Positions 41,300 through 52,860 of a stretch of DNA of 64,000 bases are shown here, in pieces. How positions within the stretch are numbered: the stretch's first letter is position 1; each line of letters starts with the position of its first letter. This DNA is from Lingula anatina. Taxonomy: Eukaryota > Animalia > Brachiopoda. The DNA is taken from positions 4,402,001 through 4,466,000 of the forward strand of contig JBPQGU010000016.1 of the NCBI GenBank assembly GCA_051362555.1. Direction: 5' to 3'. A model generated the notes under the pieces. It was not told the origin of the DNA and did not search any database. It was given only the letters and a program-made list of their open reading frames with translations. The position numbers and the translations under genes were made by a program.

Positions 41300-42608
41300 T
41301 TATCTCAAGTCTCTAATTTCAGCTACAATCCATAGGCGGTATCCCATTATGAGGTTATAAGCTGTTTCCATTCCCTGAAATTAAAAAGCAGTAAATGTTT
41401 TATATTTGATATTATTATTATTTAACTGGATAAGGCTTCAACTTTTTAGGTAACCTGTTACCATTATACTTAAATATGATTTCAATTTTTATGATAGTAA
41501 GATTAAAATGAAAGTTTAGGCAAAACAAACACAGAACATGTTTTTGTCAATGTTAACGAAATAGATGAGCAATGGAAACATAAGTCACAAGTTTACAACT
41601 ATGGTATTCCGATGAATTACTTCTCACCTTTATAGTGCACAGCATTTCAAAAATAAAAATTGTAGTCCATGCTGAAAAAGATATGAGACTTATCATCAGT
41701 ATTTTAAAAAAATGTTTATTTGATATGTACTTGAGCCAATTACTGTATGTGGCATAAAAGAGTGCTATTATATGGAGCTACAGTTGAGATATAATAGGCT
41801 CTTGTACATCATACACAGTGAATGACAAGTAGTTGTAACTGACTAATACCATGACTAGCCCTTCAACAGTTGTAGGAATGTGCTTGTATAGTGATCAGAT
41901 TGCACATTATGCTTTAAAATACAGACAAGCATGTAAGTGATATACAAGTGCAATTATGCTGTTGTTATACATGTAAATGCTGGCTGTGGGATAACCAAAA
42001 CAGTACTTTGGCATGCACTATATACAGCCTATAATTCTCAAGATCCTGGGGTGCCATTGGGTGCCACAGGCTCTTTTTGCTAACCAATATCTAAGCAACA
42101 TTTCTGACAATTTTGAAAATAATTGTCCGATTGCTTTTTCAGATATTTGATTTGAAAGACGGGGTCTGCGTGATCCAAAATTCACTCAAACAAAAATGGC
42201 CGTATATGCTTTTTAATGAGGGAGTTTAACATTATAAAGACGCATTCCTACAAAAATGGTCGTAATTGGGTATGAAGGATTATACCGTCTATATCTCTAA
42301 AGATCCAGGGGTGCCATCGGGTGCCATCGGCACTCTTTGTCAACAAATAAATGAGCAACATTACTGAAAAGTTGGAAAAAAATCGTCCGAGTGCTTTTCG
42401 AGATATTTCACTTGAAAGAAGGCTTGTGGTGTGAAAACTTCAGTTTACAATTGTCAAACTACATATGAAGCTATGCCTAGTTTAAATTGTCATAAAAACA
42501 TAAACAGACCAAACACTTGAAAATCACTTCACATGAGTTAAGTTGAGATGGTACTGATCGTTGTAAATAGTAAAATGCTTTTAAAATACCCACCAAATTT
42601 ATGTGCAT
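41300..42608 (-). CDS. Hypothetical 3-exon, 45-aa micro-ORF (exons 42608-42590, 41671-41628, 41374-41300)
   Basis: Phase-compatible GT-AG joins give MHINLVAWTTIFIFEMLCTIKGMETAYNLIMGYRLWIVAEIRDLR*. Both acceptors are strong (tctttttcag, ttaatttcag). The donors are gtattt (weak) and gtgaga. No homology recognised. Confidence 0.2.
42036..42420 (+). repeat. Two diverged direct copies of a ~125-bp module spaced ~260 bp apart (TE core-repeat-like)
   Basis: aagatcc.ggggtgccat.gggtgcca...agcaacatt.ctga.aa.tt.gaaaa.aat.gtccga.tgctttt..agatattt.a.ttgaaaga at ~42040 and ~42300. Confidence 0.8.
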
Positions 42609-42757
42609 GCCTCCTAAATAAACGATCCTCCCCGGTGCGTCGAACGTGCCATTTTGTTTACCTATAACGGAGTGTAAAATTCCTGCTTTTTTCATTGGCT
42701 CCCGAAAATCACGTGATACCCTTCCACCCACCACTGACCTGCATTGAAAGTTTTCAA

Positions 42758-43216
42758 GTGGGTCGAGTCCATTCGATTTGAGGGGTGACAGGTGGAACGA
42801 GTCCATTCCATTTGAGGGGTGACAGGTGGGGCGAGTCCATTTCATCTTAGGGGTGACAGGTGGGGCGAGTCCATTTCATCCGAGGGGTGACAGGTGGGGC
42901 GAGTCCATTTCATCTTAGGGGTGACAGGTGGGGCGAGTCCATTCCATCTGAGGGGTGACAGGTGGGACGAGTCCATTCCATTTGAGGGGTGACAGGTGGG
43001 GCGAGTCCATTCGATTTGAGGGGTGACAGGTGGGGCGAGTCCATTCCATTTGAGGGGTGACAGGTGGGACGAGTCCATTCGATTTAAGGGGTGACAGGTG
43101 GGACGAGTCCATTCGATTTGAGGGGTGACAGGTGGGGCGAGTCCATTCCATTTGAGGGGTGACAGGTGGGACAAGTCCATTCGATTTGAGGGGTGACAGG
43201 TGGGGCGAGCCCATTT
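42758..43216. repeat. 34-bp minisatellite, ~13.3 copies
   Basis: Unit gagtccattcgatttgaggggtgacaggtggggc. Unit starts run from 42765 to 43207, exactly 13 x 34. Confidence 0.97.
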
Positions 43217-44868
43217 CTTTATATCAAAGGATCAATTTATTTTAATTATGATTTTAATGAGACATTTTCAAACATATCAGAATATGCAGTTCTAAGTTTT
43301 GGGTGGAGGAGCAAATTTCATTGTTCCCATTTCAAAAGTGTGTCAAGATCTCTTATATTTCCGTTTTAATTTAAAATTGAAGTGTTCGTCTGATGATAAG
43401 GTCGTGAAATTTGAAACAATTTTCTCTAGCAAACCAAAAACCTTAGAATATGGACTTATATTAAATTAAGAAAATTTTATCTGGGAGGATGAACTAATTT
43501 ATAAATAGATATTAAAAAACCCGTCTCACTATAAAAAATGTAGGACAGATTTTTAAAAAAGCAATATCGTAAATTCATACAAATTGTATTTATAAATGTG
43601 GGCTGTTGGAAATCCTGTAGATGTATTCTTTAAATGCTCTCAATTATTTACAAAATACTGGGCATATTAACAAAACCTTTCGATTTACGACATCCTCTGT
43701 TACTGGAGAAATCATCAATCCCAAACACAATGCTTACAGATCAGTTTTAGCAGATTTAATTAGAAAGTGCTCAAACAATAATATCTTTACAATTTTACCC
43801 CTAACCCTCTATTATTATTATTATTAATATTTTATCATCATTTCATATGGAAGTAAATAAGAAAACAAGGAATGACAAACGTATTTATTCAATTTTAAAA
43901 CAAAAGATGCATGGATGTGCGTAGGGTTCCAGAGGGTGAATGACAGGCTTGGTTGCTAGCAGCCAGGTGCCGTGCAGTTCTCAGTATCTCAGTGGACTTC
44001 TGAAATAAGAAGGTAATGTTAACAATATCTGACTTGTCCATAGTTCAGGCTCAGATAGCACCCCAAAAAAGCAATCGATTCTATGTTGCCTAACGCCACA
44101 TTTAAGACCTGAAGTTAGTAATAAAGATATTTCAGATATCTTGCTTTAAAAAAAAATATTGAAAACACTCCTCTAGTTTGTGTAGGTTATCACTATTTAT
44201 TTATTTTACCTACTATATAAAGTTGTAATATCTAAAATAGCTTTGCATCACGCGTTTGGGAACCATATTTCGCTTTAGAATAAATCATTTCCCCGTGTTT
44301 CAACACTGCTTACAAGCATTTTACAGGTACATGTATAATAAAATTAACAAACCTACTAAAACTGACTATCGTTCATGGGGCACGCTTGTCTTAGGATCAA
44401 AAGCTCGGAACTGTGACAAGTACGGTACCATCATGTAAATATATCCGTGATCTTTGTGGTAATATGCCCATTTACTAATTTGCTAAATAATATTTTGAGT
44501 GGCATAACAGAAACGACAGGCGACAGCGACAACAAAGAGTAGTAACATACCCGTAAATACTCGTCGCAAATTTCTTTGCATTTTTCTACTCTCTTTCTAT
44601 CAACTGACATACGATACTGAAGAAAAAGTGCTACTTACGAAACATGCATTTGCTTCTACGCCTCATACGACTGCGTTGCGACTGCACCCGCACGTTGAAC
44701 ATTGCGTTTTCACCTAGCTGTGTCCTACTGCCTACTGAGCATTCGGAAATACAGCTCGCACTACGATGAGCAAGTAACTGTTATGCAAATTACAGACAGG
44801 CATGGCTCATTTCAGGCGAGGGACTGTGGTTGAAACTGTTCACGAATGTTCACGGTCTAATACATGTA

Positions 44869-45142
44869 CATGGCGGATAAAGAGGGAGTGTCAGGGGGGA
44901 TCCAGACCCCCTCCTCCCTTCGATTTCTGATAAAAAAATTACACCCAAAATCTATAGCTGAATAATAGTTATAAACCGTATCAAATGGAGATATTTTCCC
45001 TCTAAAACACCCTTTTTCGTGGCCCTCGAGCGTGCCCCAGACATAACTCCAAAGGGGTGAGGGTCGGCCTTGCACTCCGAGGCCTTGTCAATCCGTAAAA
45101 AAAACACCACCACCCTTCCAAAAAATCCTGGATCCGCCCCAG
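44869..45142. mobile_element. MITE with GGCGGAT.../...ATCCGCC termini
   Basis: Ends catggcggat... and ...ctggatccgccccag. atgtacat occurs at both ends (possible 8-bp TSD). The interior is similar to 48563-48775. Confidence 0.7.
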
Positions 45143-45393
45143 ATGTACATGTGGATTTGACTTCTTCATTCACACATTAATTGATCAATAAGACCACGGG
45201 CGCTAATATACATGTATATTCCATAATACTGTAAAATGTATTCATAAATTACTGTTGTACGCGCACCGATACTCCCCCTCGTCGTTATACAATTTTCATA
45301 CATAACTGTCATTGTAACTCAACGATATTATATTTAAAATAGGCCATGTAAATTTGAAAAGCTGTCGCTAGGATCGAGGCCTACCAATGAAAT

Positions 45394-47944
45394 CTAAATA
45401 TTTTCAAGAACTTTTACTGGGCATAAATACGATTTAACCCGATTTATCAAAAGCCAATTGCCACCTCTATATCTCGACTTTTCAATAAGAAACTAGGTAG
45501 CATCTAAAAGCTTAAAGCTTCAAAAATTTTGAGACCATAACAGAGTCAGCCAAGGGCACGTTTCGGTGCCACATTTGATTACGTCATGATGGATATTTAC
45601 AGGTGAAGGACCAGAACAGTCTGTCGGAAACAATATAGAAACAAGGAGTCTGTTGTAACTCATTGGTAGAAATAAGAGACTGAATTTGATCTGAGGACCA
45701 GGATAGATCCGTAAATGACGCGTGTCCCATTCACTGTTCCTGAATTCTAAAATCTAGAGTAAAAATATGTACTTAAGCATTGTAGCAGGACGTAAACCAA
45801 TCCACTTCAAGAGGACCCCATATCTTATCAAAATGTGAGAATAATTCTTTAGAAATACCCCAATTGTCAACATCCACACTTCTACTTATATAATCTGCAT
45901 GGGTATTCTCTTCTCTCAGTATCCTTTCATTTCTATTGAATAACTCCATTAGAAGAAAAACATCTAAAATAATAGGTTGTAATTTACTCCTCATGCTACT
46001 TTTTTCTTTAATGTTTACAACATCTTTGCTATCAGAAAACCACTTCAATCTCAAAACACTCAACGTGTTTGCCATGGAGAACAGGACCCTGAAAACAGCT
46101 ATCAGTTCTCTGTAAGTAGAGCTCTCCGTCGCTTCGTCAGCTGACCATTCCCCGCAACACACCCTTTTAGGTGTCTCCACACAATGTCCTCCAAACCCAG
46201 TACTACTAGCATCAGAATAAACTACCTTATTGCACTGAGGTGAAAACTGTAAAATTCTGATTTACTACACCAAGGTCTAATTTGACTGCATGCTTTCACA
46301 CACATTTTCTGATTCTAAGAAAAAGCACTTGAAATAACCATGCTAATATAATTTGTCATTAGTTGCGTTACACTTCCCAACACATGAGACATAGTATAAT
46401 CCGACCGACATAGCCAGACCTCTGCTCACTTTCGTGCGAATATAATGTCAGATCTCTAAGCACTTGCTAATCTAATATCAAGAACTTTGATTTCCCCAAT
46501 ACTAATATCTATTTCGATGCCTATAAATGCCAGACTCTGTACCTACGACCAAATAGTATTCTCATATATTTACATAAAACCTGACTTAGCAATATCATCT
46601 TTGATCTCAGCACCCTGATGCTCCAATCTATCTATGTTACTGCAGTACCACAGACCGTCATCCAATTACATCGAACCATTCTTTGATTAATTGCCAAGTC
46701 AATTTTGAAAAAAATATTAAGTGCTAATGATAACCCAAATGGAAGAACTAAGAATCAAAAATAAATCTGCTGATCTTGAATTTTCCATGAAAAACCTCAA
46801 TAATCCGTATGAGGATAACAGATATCTAGATGTTGATTAGCTGAATCAAATTTAATCAACCAACCACACAGTTTCATAAACATAAGAGCCGTTCTCAAAT
46901 GTCCGTAACTACCAGACTGCTTACAGACATGTTTGTTTACTTCTCGTACATCTAAAATCAATCTATTTTTTTCACTGCTATGCACTGCTTCTGTTTAAGG
47001 GAATAAGGTTTATCAACAATTGGTTGTTTGCTACACCTTTTAATCAAACGCATCTTTTTCAATTCAAGAATAGCTTTTTAACAAAAAACTTATTTTTCAA
47101 TGGTGAAAGCTGTTATCTTTCCTCATCCCACAGGGTGTTGCTATAAACGGAAATTTATAACCATTTTTATCAAGTCTAGAATAAAAAATGAATACCCTAC
47201 TTCTTCCCAAAAACTTAAATTGGTTCTTAACCTACTTTTCACGGGTATGAATTTCTGATTTTGCTCATGTTCATAATTATGCAACTCTTGATTGAAACTA
47301 ACGCACTCATACATGTACCGGGTACTTATCTATTTTTCAATGCTTCCGCCTTCTATCCCATTCCAGATGTTCCCTTATCTCTGGGGTTGGACTCTGGTAG
47401 AATAACTTTCCCCTCTGTAAGTTGGTCACTCAAGCATGAAATGGCCCTTTCCTCAACAAGCTAAGCAAAGTCGCGACCCGCTGCTGCGATAAAGACTTCT
47501 CCGCTGAGAAGTATCGCCCACCACACCTATCGGTCGGTCTGCTGATATAACCTTATTTTTTTGGCTCCCTTTTTGTTTTCTTTTATTTTCTTTGTAGCTC
47601 TCTCGCTCTCAGAATCACAAGCAAGAGGATTAACAGTATGTTCCTTAACAGTGTCGAAAGTGTCAGCAATTCTGATAAGTTTGTTTCTCTTGCCAAGACT
47701 GTAAGGCACTGTCAGTTTGTTCACCACAATAATCTTATTTTCAAATACTGTTGAGTCAAATTGCTGGTGATTACCTTCTATTTTCCAAGATAAATATTGT
47801 CGACTTTCAGTTTTTACCGGCTTCGGCATTAAATGTAGACAGTCTATGGTCGAAATAGTCTTTCGTCTCTTTCTTTTTATTTTCCATTTTTTTCATTACA
47901 TCAGCCAAGGTAAAGTGTTCGCCTCCACTGGACTCATCAACCAT
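45394..47944 (-). mobile_element. Degenerate DIRS/Ngaro-type tyrosine-recombinase retrotransposon (copy B): gag - RT - RNase H - MT-like start - YR fragment
   Basis: Gag-like WKIEGNHQQF...KRNKLIRIAD...NPLACDSE with a decayed zinc knuckle CLAC*GKGHF. RT RLILDVREVNK...KFD...QHLDI...LPFGLS...LDDG. RNase H SDASSTGFGG...SSTYREL...WFSD...REENTHADYISR, then DNWGIS...WGPLEVDWF. YR piece IEKSRYRGGNWLLI...LCPVKVLE at 45486-45394. Confidence 0.9.
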
Positions 47945-48562
47945 GTCGTCTACGGAGTCGTAATCATAAGCGTGTTAACAGTACCGTGTCAATCGCCTAA
48001 ATGACACGAAAACTCCCCTACATCAATCCCGCCCTCTTCTGGCGTGTCATAACCAGAGAGAAATTAATTTCACTTTAATTCCTCTCGTCAACCGATTGAA
48101 ATTATATTTCTATTGACTCGCTACATCGAGCTGGACGTGACGCAGTTAAGGTGGTACAGGACAAAAGATTTGTGCCAGTGGTGGATTTAGGAGGGTCGGT
48201 GGGGGCGGGGGGGGGGGGGAGAGTTTCGACCCCGACTGAATTTTTATAAATATAATGTACATTTTTTTTAGAAAATCGAACTCCCCTACACTCGATAAAG
48301 TCAGGTTTGCTTATTTCTCAAATTCGTTCCAAGGGTTCGTTACTACTCCATTCGTTTAATTCAATAGATCAGGTGATGGTCGTCGGCGTAACACTGATTA
48401 CTGTCTCATAAACAAAGGTGGCTGACCGTGATTCTTACTTCGCGTTAAAGGGTAGGTACTTTAATATTTATAAAACTTAAGTTTAAAGCTTAAATGCACA
48501 AACTATGACACAAATGCCAGATATGTAATTAACCTGTGTCCACCGAGGTCCATTGGTAGTTG

Positions 48563-48775
48563 CAGTGGCGGATTGGGAGGGGGGGTCAGGGGGTCCTGAC
48601 CTCCTCCCCTTCAGTTTCTAAAAATAATCACACCGATGGTCCCCTTATGAAATAAGTATTTTCTCTAGCCGAATCATAGTTCTAAAAAGTACCAAATAGC
48701 ACCGTTCGCCCTCTAAGATAAGGGTCGGTTTTGCATCCGTGGACCCCCCTTCAAATAATCCTGGTCCCACCCCTG
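48563..48775. mobile_element. MITE, same family as 44869-45142
   Basis: Ends cagtggcggatt... and ...atcctggtcccacccctg. Shares the internal tagc.gaat.atagtt.taaa..gta.caaat...ccctctaa block. Confidence 0.65.
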
Positions 48776-50453
48776 GGTTGGTCGCCCTTGTAACCTACAG
48801 CAGGTAAGTGATTCTTGCTATTGTCTGTTTTTGATAATCGCCTAAGATATCAATCAAGTTGTTGTATTTGTAGCGGCAAAAGGTTTCAATCTAACGCTCT
48901 TAATGGCTAAAATTAATCTGCAAACCACGTGCACTTAGTGCAACTGGAAATTTTAAAAGGTGGCGATTTTATAATGAGCCGCGCAACTTTGCAACTTTTC
49001 TATCTCCAAAACTAGCAGAGATATGCCCATAATCACTATTGAACTTGAATAGGCAGTCATATGCTGACAATCTGTGATCTTGAAATTGAGCTTTGACCTA
49101 CTTTTTGCCATGAACTGCACTTCACAAATTTGAATTTAAACTTTTACTTTTCCTCATGATTTTGTTTTAAATGGTAATTTTCAACAAAACTATTTAGAAC
49201 TTTTGCTTACTGCATGTAGAGCTTGTCAAGCACAACACTGGAGGTGGTGTCCCTTTTTTCACTTTTCTATACGAATGAGCTTACTCCAGCTGGTGGTACA
49301 ATACCCTCAGGCGGTATCACCTCTCTGATCCTCTAGTTTTCATGGTTTTTCAAATTCATGCTTCATTTGACAAGATAAAGTGGCGTAATAAACAAAGCAT
49401 TTTGTCCTGTCACACAAGTATGTTATTGCTTTTTAACCTCATTCACGGATCGTTGTGGAAATGAAATTAGGGGGTGTGAAAAATACATGGTTACCTAGAA
49501 ATTCAGTGTTCAGACCAGGCTTTCACTTACTGCCTACCAGCTTGCTGCTTACTTTTTTCGTTTTTCTTACATTTTAGTTAAACATGTTTCAAACAACAAA
49601 AGCTCTAGATATTATAAAGGTTTGACAAACATTTTATTTCGAAACTTGTACATGTACCAGTTAAGTTTCCGTTTTGCTGATTATGTGACCATCTCCATAA
49701 ATAGAATAGGCCTGCATTGGTGCACATGGACGCGGTCGCAAATTACAGTGGAATGCTTTTTTTTTCGAACAAAATTAATACACATTGCTAAGTTTAACTA
49801 GAAAAGCAAATATATAAATGGGCATTCAAGGTGTGTTTACATTATCGCTAGTAGAGTCCGAATTACTGGTTGCCTATGTGTGGACGAAAACCGCAGTGAG
49901 CCATCCTGAAGTATGTATAATTTCTTTATTTAGTATTCTTTACTGAGAAATGGACCATGTAATGCTAAATGCCATCGAACTCCTTTCGATTTTTTCCTTC
50001 AGCTGCCTTCAAATAGTGCCTCTACCCCCTACATCTAAACAGCCATACCCGAGTATGTCGTGAGATCATCTTAGATGTAGTCTGACAAGCGACTTTGCGG
50101 CATAAATCTTGCATTACTAATCATCATGCATCGTTATTTTATTTGATTTAATTTTAATGAATATTAATACAATTAATTTATTCAATGTTAAAAATGAACC
50201 GTTCCGTCCACGTAGAAGCGGGGTCAATAAAAACTAACCACCTAGTCTTCGAAATCCTGGATTCGCCCCTGAGAGCTGTTCGTTATTGATTTCTTAATAA
50301 CGATCTTGCTGCATACTGGCAATAAACACAATCGGATTTGTCATCTATTTTTAAGGATTTATGATGTTACATTCAAGTTGTAATTTTTCCTAGATTTCTA
50401 TTACAAACAGAACCGTAAAGAAAAAACAGTAATTTAAGCGCATTATACTGTAG

Positions 50454-50499
50454 GTGTTCAGTCACTGAACCACTGAGTGTTCAGTCACTGAACCACTGA
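50454..50499. repeat. Exact 23-bp tandem duplication containing a small hairpin
   Basis: (gtgttcagtcactgaaccactga)x2. Each unit holds gttcagt-c-actgaac. Confidence 0.9.
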
Positions 50500-51672
50500 G
50501 AATAATCACAAAGCCGAGCTGCATACATATTAGATCGACTATGTACTTTGTTACTAAGCAGACCAACTTTAGTAATTCCCTTATTTTTCCACAATATTTC
50601 TACTGAAATGTGTCACTTTTGGGTCCCAAGAGGGTGGTGCACTTTCGGAAAAATAGTATTTCGAGAGTTTTTAGATCAATCATTGTGTTTTGTTGGTAGC
50701 AGTTTTAACCAATTGCAAAGGCTGTGAGAGAGTATCGTGGCAGGAGCTTTAAGATGCGGGTGAGGTCGATGGAGTGTAAGGGGTAGTATAGGCCTATCGG
50801 TGCGAGGGAGTAATGGTGTGGAGGAGTATCAGTGCTGGGACGGAAAGGGATCATTCACAATAATTGTCTAAACATATCAACATCTCATCATTAAATCCCC
50901 AAATTGCATCTTTATAGTACTTCAAAAAGCTCCTCAGGTTGGGGAGGGGGATGGAAAAATATTTTTTTAATTCACAAGAAATATTAAAAAAAAAAAAAAA
51001 CAATTTACCTGTGGATGGCTAGAAAAAACAAAACACACCTTCCTGACATCATTATTTTAATTATTTTAAAAAGACCCAAATTTCATCTTTATATTATTTC
51101 AAAAAGCTCCCCAGGGGCTTGAGAGTGGGAGCTGGAATTTCATCCCGTGGGAGTTCCAAGTCTCACGAAGAAAATGCTAATATGTGAAAAAAAAATATTT
51201 TGAAAATAATGATAATAATAAATAATAATAATGATGATAATTAAATAAATAAATAACTCTCAGAAAAAGAATGCAATCAGTTCAGTTTCTAACTCAAGCT
51301 GTATTTCAGTCCAATTTACCTTTTCTGTAAGATTGAGATCCATGAGTAACATGGTTTTACTTAAATTGTCATCAGTGTTCAAAATGGGGTTTCTTTAACT
51401 TTGACAAAATCAGCCCAGATCATCATGTGAAATGTGATTTATGTGAAATGTGTTCAAAATAAGCATTAAAACCTGTCTTTATAGATATTGATGTTTGCTT
51501 TTAAAATCTCATTTGAGGCAGGAGTGGGGCATCCAGACAAAGTTGTTCATTTAACTAATATGCTGACAAAATCACATTACCTCATAAAAACCCAAAATAA
51601 CAACATTGTGCTTTTAACCCAAAACTTGGGAAATCTGCCAAATTTGCGTAAGCACCCTCAAGTGGAAATAGC

Positions 51673-51689
51673 AAAAAAAAAAAAAAAAA

Positions 51690-51720
<31 letters not shown>
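51673..51720. repeat. Poly(A) followed by (TAAA)n
   Basis: Direct read. Confidence 0.9.
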
Positions 51721-52434
51721 GATAATAATTAATCAATGAATGTTCATTCATTTCTCATTATTGCCAAAAATACAAAATGCACACTCAAAGTTAATTAAGC
51801 CTTCTCTAATAATTGCAATAGTCGTTTTTCTAATTTCCAAAAAGAGATTTCAACATGATTTTAATGCATGGACTTATGGCTGTTTTTTCTTTTTAACTTC
51901 CAGATTAAGCTGCTGGTTTGTACTTTCTATACCAAGGGTTTGAAGACCCACTATACAAGTACCAGAACCTGCTATAGACAGTTGTCTTGGAGCCTCCAGA
52001 ACACTTGCAATCCATACCCCTATCATCAAGGGGTCATTTCTTCGATGACATGCTGCGGCGTGGGGCGAGTACCTTAAAGACTTTGATGCTTTTGGACCTT
52101 TAATATATTGTCCATACTGACTTACATCATACTAGTCCTTGGAAGGCTTGGAATACTTGATTTGACCCTTTGACACCGGTTTGCAAAGCTAAGACCATTT
52201 CTGCTTAATTTGACTGATCACTTGTAAAGCACGTATACTCTTCAAACTCTTTGGTGCTCCTGTGCTGTAAGTAACAGGATTCGTTTGATAGCACAGGCAA
52301 GGTGTCTCGGGAACAGTAATGGCTGCTGAAATTGCTGGAATAAAAAAGACAGACAAACTGAAAACTTTTGTTCTAAGTTTTAAAAAACTGATACGGTAAT
52401 TATTTTAAAAAAGGACTATGTATATAGGAAAGGC

Positions 52435-52795
52435 TATGGAAGCATGTAAGGGTCACAACACCAACACCAAAAACAAAACTCACAACACCAACACCAAAAA
52501 CAAACTTCACAACACCAACAACTTGGTGTTGTGAAGTTTGTTTTTGGTGTTGGTGTTGTGAGTTTTGTTTTTGGTGTTGGTGTTGTGAAGTTTCTTTTTG
52601 GTGTTGGTGTTGTGAGTTTTGTTTTTGGTGTTGGTGTTGTGAGTTTTGTTATTGGTGTTGGTGATGTGAGTTTTGTTTTTGGTGTTGGTGTTGTGAAGTT
52701 TGTTTTTGGTGTTGGTGTTGTGATTTTTGTTTTTGGTGTTGGTGTTGTGAGTTTTGTTTTTGGTGTTGGTGTTGTGACCCTTACACGCTTCCATA
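52435..52795. mobile_element. Foldback MITE with TAT..ATA termini, 6-bp TSD (AAAGGC) and internal 27-bp repeats; IS3EU-like
   Basis: aaaggc|TATGGAAGCATGTAAGGGTCACAAC...GTTGTGACCCTTACACGCTTCCATA|aaaggc. The unit cacaacaccaacaccaaaaacaaaact occurs ~2.5 times forward and ~9 times inverted. TAY..RTA ends with a 6-bp TSD are the described hallmarks of IS3EU. Confidence 0.85.
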
Positions 52796-52860
52796 AAAGG
52801 CATCATAAAATTCGATAAATTAAAGATAAAATAATAATATAGCAGGAATCTGTATAAATA

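Noticed and set aside
42477-43214. Repetitive Pro/Trp-rich ORFs
   Set aside because: These are translations of the 34-bp minisatellite. The unit is not a multiple of 3.
48146-48545. TTAA-flanked Kolobok-like element starting ttaa|ggtggtacagg
   Set aside because: The candidate right end (cctgtgtccacc) is imperfect and is not followed by TTAA.
48176-50272. A single 2.1-kb element bounded by cagtggtggatt and ggattcgcccctg
   Set aside because: The flanks show no target duplication. Two independent MITE fragments are more likely.
52507-52818. HNTNTKNK / FVFGVGVV repeat proteins, or a telomere-like repeat
   Set aside because: These are translations of the 27-bp unit inside a TIR/TSD-bounded MITE, and the unit is not a telomeric motif.
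32339-52860. One giant transposon (Polinton, Helitron, Teratorn) inserted in the array
   Set aside because: No matching termini, no TSD and no hallmark genes. The content is a patchwork of unrelated decayed elements.
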